Assembly: GCA_002633005.1 (NCBI GenBank)
Contig: NMRA01000056.1
Location: 133,165-197,164, forward strand
Source: Phoronis australis
Taxonomy: Eukaryota > Animalia > Phoronida
Direction of reading: 5' to 3'
Length of the DNA stretch: 64,000 nucleotides
In this document: piece by piece, positions 51,415-64,000 of the stretch
Layout of the letters: every line of letters begins with the position of its first letter
Position numbering within the stretch: the first letter of the stretch is position 1
Made by a program: the position numbers and the translations under genes
Notes under the pieces: generated by a model
Databases searched by the model: none
Told to the model about the DNA's origin: nothing
The model's input: the letters and a program-made list of their open reading frames with translations, nothing else

Positions 51415-54400
51415 TTAAGGGGACATTGTCAGTGAGGAAAGCAATTTCTGAGATCAGCCCAAGTACAAAATCAAACTTGGATCCCCACAGTATGCTGGTA
51501 GAGATAAATCGCACTGGATAAATGGCAAGGTATTTTAAGCGTCTTTAAGTAGCAAAGTCACCCGCCTCGATTTCAGTGAATGTCTGGCAGACGACGACAA
51601 CAATTGGCCATTTGTAATAAAATCACAAAAACAACGGAATTTATTGTTTTACAGCTCTGGTCAAAACTACTTACTTCAAAAGTCCAACAATGATCCAAAA
51701 AATGAATTTTTCCGCTTTGCTTCGGATGATGTTCGTTTAACTCCGCTGTAAACTAGTGGTGTATTTATAGTACAAATCTCTCCAAAAACCAACATCTCGC
51801 AACACCATGCAAAATCACTGGAATGAAGGGCAAGCCGTGAGTATGGTTCAGACCTCAGTAGCACACCAGCGCCAACGTGATGATTAGTTGGTCAGGTTAG
51901 GAGTGTTGCATTATGGGATAGAATCCACGGCACCCATTCCCAAACCAGTAGTTCTTATCATAATGGTTATGGTCTACCAAACGCCTCCATAGGCTTCAGC
52001 AAAGAAACTGTCGTTTCATTTTGATTACGAATCACCTATAAAAGTTATCTTAAGCATAAGCTCCTAACTCTGAGCTTGAAAAAATGACAGATTGACAGTA
52101 TTTTCAACCATGCCGGGAAAAGCCAAAATAGCTGCTATACTTTGTCGTCTTGGAAAAACTTGTTAATTTCATGTGCTATTATAATGTTAGAAAATGCAGC
52201 TTCCCTTCATCACGGTTTGTTTCAATGTATAACATACAGAAAGTTTGGATTTGGTGTAATTTTCATTTTAATCTTCTAATTCGTCAAATTCAGGCCGGCT
52301 CAGCAACTTTATGTAACTAATAATTTTTCGTCATCATTAATTTCATAGTTTTTAGTTGAAATAAATGCAGAGGATAAAGCCTGCAACATCATTGTTTTTT
52401 TACAATGAAAGTTAAATTTTTCTCTTGCAATTGCTTGCGGTATCATATGGCGTAGTAATTTTCCTGTAACCCCTATGATGTCATTTCAACTTCAAAGGTT
52501 GGTGACCTCTCAGTTTCAGCCTTTTTGTTGTGTAACTGTGTTGAATTGTATTCTTTGGAAAAAGCTGTGATTACATGTGATTATGAGTCTGTTCTTTCCC
52601 TGGGTGTGACCCCCGGAAAGAGTGAATGTTGGTGATAAGAGTTTCTATGCAGTGGCGTTGATTGATTCATTCTTGGTTTGTCAATAAGATGTTTCTTTCT
52701 GTAGACTGTGTATTGCTTGGTGACAACAAAGGTCCGCTTAGGTATCAATTTTTGCTTTACTAATGAGGCGATCACTAAAACAATTAATTCATTCATGAAT
52801 TGATTTGAACTGATATAGTTACATTAGAGATGTTGTGCTTGCCAGTATTTAATAGATGGATTGTTTTTTATTGATTGTTGGTAAGAAAATGGTCCTAAAA
52901 CAAACTCTGTTTCCAAAGCTAGGAATTTTCCTATTAACACATGCGAATTGTTGTCCAATTTTATATAATATATGACTTAATGTGTAACAAATGAAATGGT
53001 CATATTTTGTTGAAAAACTATAGAAATCCGAAAAAATCAACTAATTTGCAAATTTAACAAAAATGCCGGGACTGATTTACTGGATCTGCTAACACGATTA
53101 ATTCAGATTTTTTTACCAATAGAAAGGACAACTTCAGACAAAACTTTTGATAAAGATTGATTTTTGCAAATTGTTGAATATTCTTTGATCCCACTGTGTA
53201 CAAATCATAGTAAAAAAGTATTTGAAGGCCCACCCCAAATGCATAACTTCTATTCTAGTTTTTGAAAATTGAATTGATGGTTCTCAAAACTGCGACTAAA
53301 TACGGTTCTTTTTATAAAATTTTGGCACAGGTTAGGGCTGTTGAGCATGGAACAAAGGCTTCAGTGCCAAGTAGCACAGGTCAATCACTGCCCAGTCCAT
53401 CATTAATGGTAATTACGCAATTGCTTGGCAAATCCTGGCATTTCAAACTTTGCGTTGATAAATTTCAGTTCCTTGTTAAAAGTTATTGAAACATGCTTGT
53501 GACTTGTATGAAAAATAATGAAATTTCATCCTTTTGTGAATAAATTCAGTGTCTGGAATTGAAAAGATCTTTCAGACTTGGGTGATGTTTTAAAATGCAG
53601 ACAGCATTCTCCATGTTTTGAAAGCCGGCAGCATGGTTTAGAGCCCTTGTCTTGATGCTTTTTACAAACACTGACATGTTTTAGGTTTGCTATAGCACTC
53701 AGTTAGCTTTGTAATGTTTTAATATGCTGTGATATGCACTGACCGGCTGCAAAACCTATACATTTGTGCTCAGCCAATAGGCTACTGATGTCAGTAATTG
53801 AAAGCATGTTGCCATGACGCCATAGTTACTTTTAAGGTGGGAAAAGAGAGATTGATTCAACATGGGATTTATTTTTTTTTCCTGAAAAACAGATATTCCT
53901 TGGTAGACCATGTTACAATTATGAACCAATTCCAGTCATTTGCTGATATACATTGTAACATTGGTAGTTGTTCACCTTTAATTAAGTTTATGTATCCATG
54001 AAGAGTTTCAATTTGATGTGTGTGTGCTTAATAAAGTGTTTTCAATTGATTGTAACAAGGTGCAGGTGGTCTTTTACATGTTAAGGTGCATCAGGGGTTA
54101 GTTACCTAGCGACTCGTAGAGACCCTGGATTTTCCACGATAATGGAAAACTAGTGCAATAAACAAACTTTGACTTCTTTTGCGGAATTCGTTATTTCAGC
54201 AGCAGATACTATAGTTTTAATGTTTTTGGTTTTTAATTTCCAAAAATTAAGACTATAATCCATCAAATTTGACTATTCTGGCCACAAATTGATTGGTAAA
54301 ATGAAGCTGTGGCATAATTCAAGGGAAAATGTAAAGCAGTTCCCAGACCATTTGACTGTTATTTATGACTTTGAAATAGTAAAACAGAATTTGCTAATTT

Positions 54401-55667
54401 ACAAAACGAACAAAACAAAAAAATTTTGTTTGCTAAAATGGATCTTTTATTCTTCACAGATATGGGCAGACTTTTCAGTTTTTTTGTTGTGCGCACATGA
54501 CTGGAACATGTTTCTTATAGTAAGTTCATTTGAGTGGCGACAAATCTAGCAGCTCTTCTGTGGCCAAATTTGCTAACATTTTTGCCAGGTATGCTGTCCG
54601 TGAATGGGTCATTTACGCCAGCAGTCGGTTTATTGCCTCACCACCCATGTCACTTTTGAAGTGAAAATTGATACCAGAGTCCCTATACTCTCTGCAATAA
54701 ACTGATCCAGACAACAAAGCCTCCTACTCCTGCCAATGTATATTGTTTGAAGTAAGTGATCTGGCTACAAAAGTGCCAGCAGTCGGAACCACCGGAAAAG
54801 TACCAGCAAAAGTGTCAATTGCAAACTTTCAGAGAGCTAGGGAAAACAATGTCATTTTAGCCAGTTTGTGAACTACATATAAAGGTATTGCTGGATTCTT
54901 AACAGATTTTGTTCATCTGAACGTCAGCAGCCCACTCAGAACAGTCGTGGATAATTTTCAAAAACTGGCCCGCTTTTTTGTGTATCCTTTTGAAAATGTT
55001 GGCTATTATAGAGAACCGTTTCCATAGTTCTATGAAAGTGAGTCAAGATGACCCAATGGTTTCACTTGTCCCTTTCCTATTAGCAAAACTCCGTCTATCA
55101 CAACTCCTTCCCAAGTGAAACCCTTATCTTTTCCACAAACATCTCTTTGGTAGTGACATCGAAGTTACCTCTAGTTCTGGGGATTAGACACCAGATGGGG
55201 TGGTTGATTCGCACTCTCGATTGGATACCTGTGCTGCACACATGCTCTAACCATTCCCCCTGTCAGAATGGATGAAATCTTTCCATTGCAGGGAAGTTAT
55301 TGCTCAACTCTGCAGTTTATCCACATATTTTGAGAAGTGTGATGACTGGTAGTTACTCCTTTACAAAATATGAGTTGCAGCGTTTAATGGGAAACGACAA
55401 CTTGAATCATCTTCATTAAGACAGTCATATTTAACGTTTCGGGTCAACGCATTTGTGTGTCTGTTCATGAACACAGTCATGACGCGTTATTTCCTGGGGA
55501 ATTTTGTGATAAAATCATTTTTAAAATCTTTTGATTAATTTACACCAACATCTAGCCTAAGGGCACCAGTCATTTCGGTCACCGTCTTTAGTAGGATGAT
55601 TAACATGCAAAGTTATAAAGAAGGTTGCCAGTCTTTTTGATTCCTAGCACACGGCCATGATCTTATT

Positions 55668-56303
55668 AGTTCCGTTTAGACATTAACGTTTGACACGGCG
55701 CATACGGGGCAAGATGATGGATATTGAGTGCCTGTTTACACAGTCACACACAACTCAGAAACGGCGGCACGGGGGAAATTGTAGGCAGGAATGTGGAGTG
55801 CTCATCCTCAAAGATGAAAATTGTTGTTGTTGTTATGGTGCTCAATGATTTTCTTGATCAGCTGATTGACGCTTTCAACACTTAAGGCCTACGCTACATA
55901 CCCAAGCATTTGAATTGAACCCAGTCTTCACTGTAAACTGTGTAATATTCTGATAATGTTCTAACAAAATAAAATGTGGTCAGGTTTAAAGTTAGAAGTT
56001 AGGTACTGAACAGCTGACTAATAAATTGTAGAAATTGCAAATATGATCACCTTTATGTGTGTTTTGTGTGCAAGTGCAATAGAGATGATCCCTTCCGTCT
56101 TGCCCCAGTTTCACGTTTTAACATATAGTTGACACGGAGCAAGATGATCGGGTGCAAGTTACTCTACCTCACAGCCCGGTAACAAAAAAGTTTTGTCATC
56201 TTGTTGTCACTTTGCTCCGTGTCAGTCCTGTTTACACACATACTTGGGCTGGATCTTGTTCCCTCCCGTGTCAGCTGATCCGTGTCAAAAGTAAATAAAG
56301 GGC
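55668..56303 (+). mobile_element. Harbinger-type MITE family B, second copy
   Basis: Shares CTTGCCCCAGTTT, TTGACACGGAGCAAGATG, CTCTACCTCACA and GTTTACACACATACTTG with 14119-14545. Confidence 0.65.
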
Positions 56304-58321
56304 AGTATTGAACTCAAGTGCCCTGGATTTTTACCCTTTGTAATGAAGTTAATAATCCTAATATTTGAATGGAGAATATACCTAATTGTGAATGGTTCTT
56401 TGAAAATAGGTCTAGTCATAACCCCTGTTGGGGTAATAATATGACTAGGACAAACCTTGCCCAGGACAGTCAGTTTTGGTTCAGTGCTTTCAAATGATCA
56501 AGGAGAATTGGGACTGTCTGATGTCTTTCAACTGTAATAATGATGATAATGGTGCTGACATTGAAACTAGATATTATAACATTAATATCATCATAGCTGT
56601 TTGGTTAACAATACTAAAGCTCTGGAAAATTTGCACGATGATATTAAACATTAGTCGAACAGTGCATAGAATATTTATTAGTACAGTTCAATACCAGATC
56701 AAATAACAAATACTGTCCTGTTTGTAGCTAGGAAATCACACACTGGTTGTTTACATCTGGTGTGTTCATTAATTAGCACATTTTGTCCTGTGACGTTGTG
56801 TTTTGTGACTTGCACAAAGAATCCTGTATTAGATCAAACACCTCTGGCAGTGGTGTATTGTTTAGTGTATGTTTGTTAATTAACAAATTTTACTTACAGG
56901 TTGGGAGTAAAAGTTGTGTAATTCTGTCTCCTGCATAGCGAAGCTGAAATCTTAAAACAGGCAGAGCTTAGCAGGGCTGGGTTAAGTGATCTACAGGTTG
57001 CCAATGCAACCTTAAATTTTGGTTGGCGACCTTTAAAAAATCTCGCCATGATGTCGCCACACACATCCGAGCATGTACTCAAAATACTACCGGAAATAAA
57101 AAGACGGAAGTCAGAATTGTTCCGGAAAAATGGGAAGGATCGAGTTCATGTGTCCGGGATTTGGCGAGCTGAGTTCATACTAAGCGTCGAACCATGCTTA
57201 GTGTAGATATGTTCATTTGGCCATTTTCTATGAAAAGTAAACCATACAGCTGATCACCTGTTTACATTCAAAGTCAGTGGTAATGGTAAACCCTGCCCAA
57301 CAACAGTGTTAACTAGTTGCTGTTCAGTTGAGGTTTTATTGTTACTTTGTGGCACACAATGGAGAGGTAACACCATGTTTAGGGGGCAAGATCATGTAGA
57401 GACATAGCGGGGATTCTCGCCTCATGGTGGAGTGGAGGATAACGGTGCTACCCTATCCGCTGTCGCCACCGATGTGACACCTCCCCCTGGTTGACACCAC
57501 ATTTGTGCTGCCCTCTTTTGTCGTGGTGCCCTGTCAGTTCTCTTCCCAATCCTGAAATCAATTCTAAGTTTACTGTAGAACAATTTGAGACCAATTTCAT
57601 AACAGTAAGTGGTCCAAGTGAAAAGGCAGGTGTATAACCTCTGTTCTAGACAGAGTGATGGTGACATTGGAATTCCACAGCAGGGAGACCAGGTCTGGTT
57701 CAACTTCGGGGCGGGAGTGTTCTGAAATTTTGATATATCTGGCACAAGAAGCAAAGTTGGTGCCATTGATAAAATTATGTAATGATTATGGCAGTGTGAG
57801 TTCAATATAGCGGAAGGTCTGAAAGTAGACATCATAGTACGTAGCAAATTTCTCACCACAGTTTTTATTTTGCACAAGATGCCCTAGGTTTCTCTGAAAA
57901 AATTTATACATGTCATAGGTAAAGAAATGTACTCCAGTATGACGCAATATTCATTTGTATTGTTGAACCCTACTAGGATATATCACGCAATATTTCTTGC
58001 AGCGCTTCCAGGAGCTAGTTTGGTGTTTTTATTAGGTATACATTTGATCCATAGTTGAATACACACTTTTCCACAAAATTCTATATTGTTATTATTGATT
58101 ATTCAAAGACTACAGCGGCGCTCAGTTGCTTGTGGTAAAAGTATAATTTTTAATGTATTACCCAATTGAAACTTGATGGGAGCACGTGCACATGCATTTG
58201 CCACATGCGCATACAAACACAGCTGTCACAAATCTTTGCACGGTCAGCTCGCAGCACTGAAATAAATGGGGGGGGCTAATTTCCCATGCTGTAAGCCTCC
58301 GCCAGTGAGATAGTCCAGTTA

Positions 58322-58505
58322 CCTGGGGGTACTCCCATAGAAAAGGTTAGGGTACGTGCCACCCAAAAGGGCGCTATTTCCGACAAAATACTCTTTAAAA
58401 AGGCTCTTTTTAAAATTTTTAAAACAAAACTGGCAAAATGAGTAGGTATCTTAATTTTCAGAACGGCACCCCCATACAAGAAGTGGTCGAGTACCCCCCT
58501 TCTGG
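58322..58505. mobile_element. Short MITE with GGGGGTACTC / GAGTACCCCC termini
   Basis: CCTGGGGGTACTC on the left and GAGTACCCCCC on the right. Inner GGGTACGTGCC / GGCACCCCC. Confidence 0.7.
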
Positions 58506-58739
58506 TCGAGTTATTAGGTATATTTATTACTAACTGTGAGAAATTTAGATAACAACGTAAATGAGGAAAATGAGACACGCGATGTTTGACGTGTGTAATA
58601 TATTATCCAACGTGATCGAGTAGTCGACAGACGACAAACATTTTCCAAAGCTGTTTTGTCTGTGGTGGTTTACGCTTGCAATTGAACGTGTTAGATACTG
58701 ACTGTCTAGGTTATCCCGCTTTTTAACAAACATTAAGGG

Positions 58740-60895
58740 TCAAACGATATGTTTGGTATACGTTGATCGTATGTCTTGATTGACAGATCTAAAACTTTCC
58801 GAAGTTGTATCGCCTGTTGTCGTAAACGTGTTACAAATGTCTGGGAGGTTCATTTTGCCCAACCGTTTTTTGTGAGTTCTTAAATTCCAGGATCTGTCCT
58901 GTCCCATAGTTGATCGTAACCATGTTTTTACTCTCCTCGCCGTAGAAAACGTTCTCTCTGCCGACGCACTGGTAGCAAGATTCACTAAACGTTCTCTCTG
59001 CCGACGCACTGGTAGCAGGGTTCACTAAACTTTCTCTCTGCCGACGCACTGGTAGCAGGGTTCACTAAACGTTCTCTCTGCCGACGCACTGGTAGCAGGG
59101 TTCACTAAACGTTCTCTCTGCCGATGCATTGGTAGCAGGGTTCTCTAAAACAAGTTTGAAAAGCATTACTATATTGACGGTTGATCGAGGACTTCTCGAA
59201 GTGATCACGACCGTTCACGATCTCAAGAATATACCTGAAACACTGACAAATCTGTTCACCTCCAAGTACTTTAACGGTATTCAATTGCATTACCAAATTA
59301 TCACTAACGAAGTCTTGTGAGTACGATCCCATCACCTGCATTAGCTCAGGCTGAATGTCTTTCTCTCCTGGCATAGCCTTAAGGATTATCGATTCAAGGA
59401 CCACGTTCATTTTGAACGCTTCGTTGTCAAATCTTTGTTTTAAATGATCTCGTATCTCGTATTGGTCTATGATCGATTGGGCTTGCTAATATTCGGATTC
59501 TGCTGACTGCATTTCAAAATGCACCGGTGCTCTGCGTTTACGAGGTAACGTGGGACCTTAATTTTGGTTACAAGACTTGCTCTTGGAAAGCGTTGTTTTC
59601 CATAATGAGTCGAAAGACTCTTCGTCAGCTTTGCCAGATGATGTCTTTGGGTGGCAGATAGTGACTTGTTTTGGAGAGTTTCAGCAAGATTGTCAGTATG
59701 GGAAACGGAAATCAGTAACCGAGCGATAGGCCGAAGTAAAAGTCAAAACTTTGCATTTGACTCTTACAACCTGTGATTCATGCGCAAATTTCTGAGTCTA
59801 AACTCTTCTATAAGCACACACGAGCTCCATGTGTCAAACAGAGCCAGATAATTGTCCAACACACGCTTGTAGCATTCGGCTTTAAATGTCCACCTTGTCA
59901 GACAGTCTGAAGAGTCCGGTTGGTGAGAAATTGTCCTCGTCATCTTCGATGTTGTTTTTAATTTCCCCAAAAATTTGTTCACCTTCGGAGAATACTTGGC
60001 TTCAGTCACAATTTCCCTAACCATTTCCATTGTGTTGGACAATAGTTTGTTTTCTTTGGTTACATCTTTACGCCTAAACTGAGTGAGTGGCAATAGGGAC
60101 TGCTTTTAGCTGTTCTTATGTAGTCTTTGCGACACCTGCTTTCTTCCTTAACGTTATGTACTTGCACCGTCCTAACATTGTCCTTGACATTTGGTCAGTC
60201 ATGGTTTATGTTCTTGTAATCTCCTTTTTATTGCATGTGATATGGCAGTATCAATATTTGGCAGGTAAGTAAAACCTACAAAATCTTCATGACATTCAAC
60301 TTGTTTGTCAACCCATGGGATGCACATGGAAGGCTGTTCTTTGTTGCTTATTCTGGTATATTCATCTCAAATGAATGAGAAAAAACCATCCCCAATGTCT
60401 GCTACCAAGTTTCGCATAACCCGTAATGCCATCAAGTCAGTGATCTCAATTTGAAAATTGTGGCAGAGATACTTATCGCCCTTTTTGCTGGCAATCCTTT
60501 TTTTAAAAATTAGGATCATCTTTCCTACATAGGTAGTCATGAATGTTGCAAAAAATTTGATTCTTCATCGGTTCTCCCTCTTAACCCAGTGCCTTGTCTA
60601 GACAAAAGTTGTAATTTTTCAACAATTTTAATCAGGCATTGACGATTGTCTGTATGTAGTTTGTCAGAATTGGCGTTGGTTAATGACCTTATGTCTCTCA
60701 TTTTTAAATACACAAATTTATGCTTGGAAGCCAACAGGTGGCACTGCGACTGCTCATGCTCTTTTATAAGTTGGTGGACCTACGTTGGATCCACAACTTG
60801 TTCTACCGTTTCACCACTCTTCGAAAAGCTTCCAATTGCAGGAGGTTTGGAGAAGAAGTCTGTTATTTTTGATCTGTTGTGTTGACAACACATAA
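58740..60895 (-). pseudogene. Decayed near-full-length hAT transposase (ZMYM1-like)
   Basis: Colinear fragments across frameshifts: SKITDFFSK, EHEQSQCH (TTF-type Zn finger end), LQLLSRQGTGLRG..DEESNF, DEYT.ISNKEQ, EDFVGFY, KYSPK, CLTRWT, FDFYFG, PATSASAERTFSTARRVKTWLRSTMGQDR (hAT C-terminal dimerisation domain). Confidence 0.92.
58947..59146 (-). repeat. 40-bp tandem repeat x5 within the hAT dimerisation motif
   Basis: Unit AAACGTTCTCTCTGCCGACGCACTGGTAGCAGGGTTCACT at 58947, 58987, 59027, 59067 and 59107, with 0-3 differences per copy. Confidence 0.95.
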
Positions 60896-61573
60896 TCGAC
60901 TGGAGACTGGGTGGACCGTCTACACTATGAGTCAAAGTACGAATATCTGTTAGCCGAAGTTATCCCAGGGGTTAGCCTGAGACTTGCCCACCATGGGTCA
61001 TTAGTTCGGCCTTTTGGACCTCACCACTTTGAATGCAAATTGCACTGTTGTAATTGCAGAGAAATTATCAAGTGGGGCATATCCCAGAAAGACTCCCTGA
61101 AATTTCTTAAAAATAATTTTCAAACTGAAGCTGAGAGACTCAGAAATTTTTGTTTTTTTCAAAAATCGGGCTGAACTTTCCCCCTTGGTCTCCCCTACTA
61201 CGTTAGAAATGATTTTTATAGGCACTTTAAAATTTAATGTTAAGCTATGTCGGATCTTGCTAATTTGTTTAGTTGAGAATTTCTTGAACTGTCTGTAATC
61301 AATATAGTTAAGTTGCTTTTAATAAACAGACGACTGAATAATTGATCGCTTGCATTCCCTCTCGGCTATTGTACATTTTTGTTTGAGTAAGATTAACACT
61401 GCTTCAAAGTCGATTATGGCAGCTCTGATAGGCAACCGATTTTTGTGGGTTAATCACTCAAACTCTGGGCATTCAATTATATATGGTAAATGTCACCAAT
61501 TGCGAACAAATATCATTGTTATATTGCCTTTTTCATTTTCAAAAGCTTCTAACATGCCCATAATTTCTCAAAA

Positions 61574-61780
61574 CATTTGTTGGTATAGAGTGCACTCATG
61601 TGTTGTTACTTCTCGTTGATTAATAAAAGATAAACTAACTTGTCAGCCATATTGCATCCTAAATTTGAGATCCTTTTTCGTATACTCAAATTTAGGATGC
61701 AATATGGCTGACAAGTTAGTTTATCTTTTATTAATCAATGAGAAGTAACAACACATGAGTGCACTCTATACCAACAAATG
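61574..61780. repeat. Near-perfect inverted repeat with 96-bp arms and a 15-nt spacer
   Basis: 61574-61669 is the reverse complement of 61685-61780 with one mismatch. Spacer ATCCTTTTTCGTATA. Confidence 0.95.
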
Positions 61781-64000
61781 CAAAAAGTACCATGTTTGTA
61801 TTTTTCAGTGGCTTACCATCCTGTTGCAAATGCTCAAAATTTTACCGAATGGTGTTTGGTAATAGCTACGCTATACATACCATGCTGAAAACTAAAGTAA
61901 ATTTTCCTGAATAGTTATTTTCGTTGAGAAACTTGATGAAATGAAATGTAACCCGTCCACCATATTGTGTCCCAAACTGAAATTTTTTCAGCCTACCGTA
62001 AACTTTTATAAATTCTGTATTTGTAAGACCACGGTGCACTTGTGGCGAGAAATATTCACTTATTGAATGGAAACGGGGAGTTCATTCTCACAATTCACCA
62101 CTTCCAACCTCAAGGACCAGTCACTTCAGTGGCTGCCTTTTTCATAGGATAGGCTCGTAAGCTTCAAAGCATGTTGTCAAACTCTCGTCTTTCACCTGTG
62201 TCTTGAGCTCTGTTTTTCCCCGCAAGAAACTTGGCTAATGGAATGGTCACCCGTTGCCTGACTCTGTGCCTCGTTTGAAACAGAGCTACCTGAATAGAGG
62301 AGTCGCAAGTCTAACTGCATATAGTACTCTGTGGAGTTGCACTTCTGAAAAGAATTAATATTCAACTTGCATCGTCTTTGTTAAGTAAAAACAAAAGCTC
62401 TGGTTTTAATCAGGTAGCTTTGAAAACGATTTTTATTACCATTTATTTAATAAGGCACATTGTGTAATTTGATTTGAGTGGCTTGGCTGGTTGCTTTTAA
62501 AGCATCTGTTTGCTCATTTGATGTCTGTTATTTTGAAAGCAGCTTAGTGAAATTGGTTGAAAATTGACTCGCGTATTTTTGGGTCAATATGGTTTACTTC
62601 CTGATTTCAAGCCCAGTCGGACCGTAACAGTTATTAGCGTATCGTGTATGCATGTCTTTAGGGCAATTCACGTGTAAGTGAAGGCTATGCCTTAGAACAG
62701 CACACATGCACCTGTGTGCAAAATGCTTTTTGAATAAACCAAATGAGCAAAATTAGAAATATAATATACGACTGAATCTTGACTTAACTATTTACACAAC
62801 ACCTGATGTTGACCAGTGTGTTCAATTGAACATCAAAGTGGCTATGAATAGCTTTCCGTGACAAAACACAGAAGTAGGCCAATTACCGTTTTAAAATTGG
62901 TCTCAAATTGTTCCTTAGTCAAAATAGATTTGATTTCCATTGATTTTGTTCTTGTTTTGAAGTACTTAGTCTACCAGTGTTTTGGTTTTGAATACTGTGA
63001 GTTAGCTTTCCTGAAGTACACGTCATGAAACCAGGAACTCTGTGGAGTTCTTTGATTGCTTCAACAAAGCGATTCATCACCACTAACTTGATTTAATCCA
63101 GTTTGAAATTGGGGATTTTACCGTGACCTAATTATCACTACTTGGAACTTTATATAGCAACCGTCTGTGTCAATAAGTGACTGTGGTTACTGATATTCAA
63201 AAAAGAAGATTTCGATTGTTCTTCCCATGCCAAGAATTGTACAATGACATTTGGATTACTTCAAAATCCAACTGCTGCAAAGTGGTTTGGTAATTGGCCC
63301 AACTATGTTGCACACCCAGCAGAGGTATATATTATTGGAACATTAAATATTTTACCGTAGGTTGCAAAGTCGCATCCAATTTTCAAAATTCAAAAACATG
63401 GCCTCATGCTTTTCACAAACTATTCAGATATGCTAATTACAAACTTTTAAAATTGAAATTTAAAAATATTATTGGTGCCCCCAGTGTGTTTATGATGGTC
63501 TCATTATCTAGAGGACGAAAATATCAACAGCCTGGGGCAATTTAATGGTGTCTTTGATCTAAACTGGTAGCTTGTGTGGTGCACAAACCGGTGGAGTTGC
63601 CCAATCTCGACTACTTAGGGTTTCAAGGGAGAATTCTTTTCATGCCAAATTCGATTTAACTTTCACACCGCTGGGTGTTGACCGTTTAAATCTGAGATTT
63701 ACGCTTTGCCACTGACCAAAACTTCTCAAAACCGAATAGGAAGTTGCAAGGGTAGTAGGACGACCAATCATTTATAATATATTCAACAAACTCTCCAAGG
63801 AATGATGCTCTGTTTTATGTGCCTTGATTGCGTGTCAAGGTTCCTGGAATGAGTAAGTCTAAATCGGATTGCTGACAACGCAACAGATTTTTTCTTATTA
63901 CGAATGAAAATTCTTTTCTTTCTTCGGTATGCCTGCACTCCACTGTCCAAACGTGTGTAGCATCCTTTTAAAATCTTTTCAGATCTTAGTGGTACAAATC

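Noticed and set aside
57422-57877. 151-aa minus-strand ORF
   Set aside because: It has no recognisable domain and runs into a CAGGGC-ended MITE-like relic. Likely spurious.
58947-59146. CRISPR array
   Set aside because: The 40-bp units are contiguous with no unique spacers, there are no cas genes, and the unit is hAT coding sequence in a eukaryotic context.
1-64000. Common PDE4 exon (FDVxNG, UCR1 RRESF), tRNA/rRNA genes and a full CRE palindrome
   Set aside because: None was found by eye. The Phe-Asp-Val codon strings lack an acceptor and NG continuation, so the gene body presumably lies downstream of the window.

Overview
AT-rich animal genomic DNA, probably from a marine invertebrate bilaterian (inferred from the repeat landscape). 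There are no prokaryotic genes, rRNA, tRNA or CRISPR arrays, and most ORFs in the supplied track are spurious or transposon debris. The window appears to be the very large 5' alternative-promoter/intron region of a cAMP phosphodiesterase PDE4 (dunce) gene on the + strand. Two short coding first exons are recognisable: 22127-22221 (MQGEIG...RRHTLANV-R, like a Drosophila dunce N-terminus) and 47888-47970 (MSSEVA...RRHSWI-C, like PDE4D3/PDE4B4). A third candidate lies at 17708-17742. All three end in phase-2 donors, as needed to splice to the shared FDV(D/E)NG exon, which I did not find in the window. The rest is transposon-derived: a TIR-bounded hAT derivative with a 5-bp flanking duplication, an internally deleted Kolobok-like element, a decayed ZMYM1-like hAT transposase with a 5x40-bp expansion, a Penelope fragment with two degenerate hammerhead cores, and several Harbinger- and Kolobok-type MITEs. 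There are also two near-perfect long palindromes and a ~90-bp tandem array of CTCF-like motifs. Family assignments come from recalled motifs, not from database searches.
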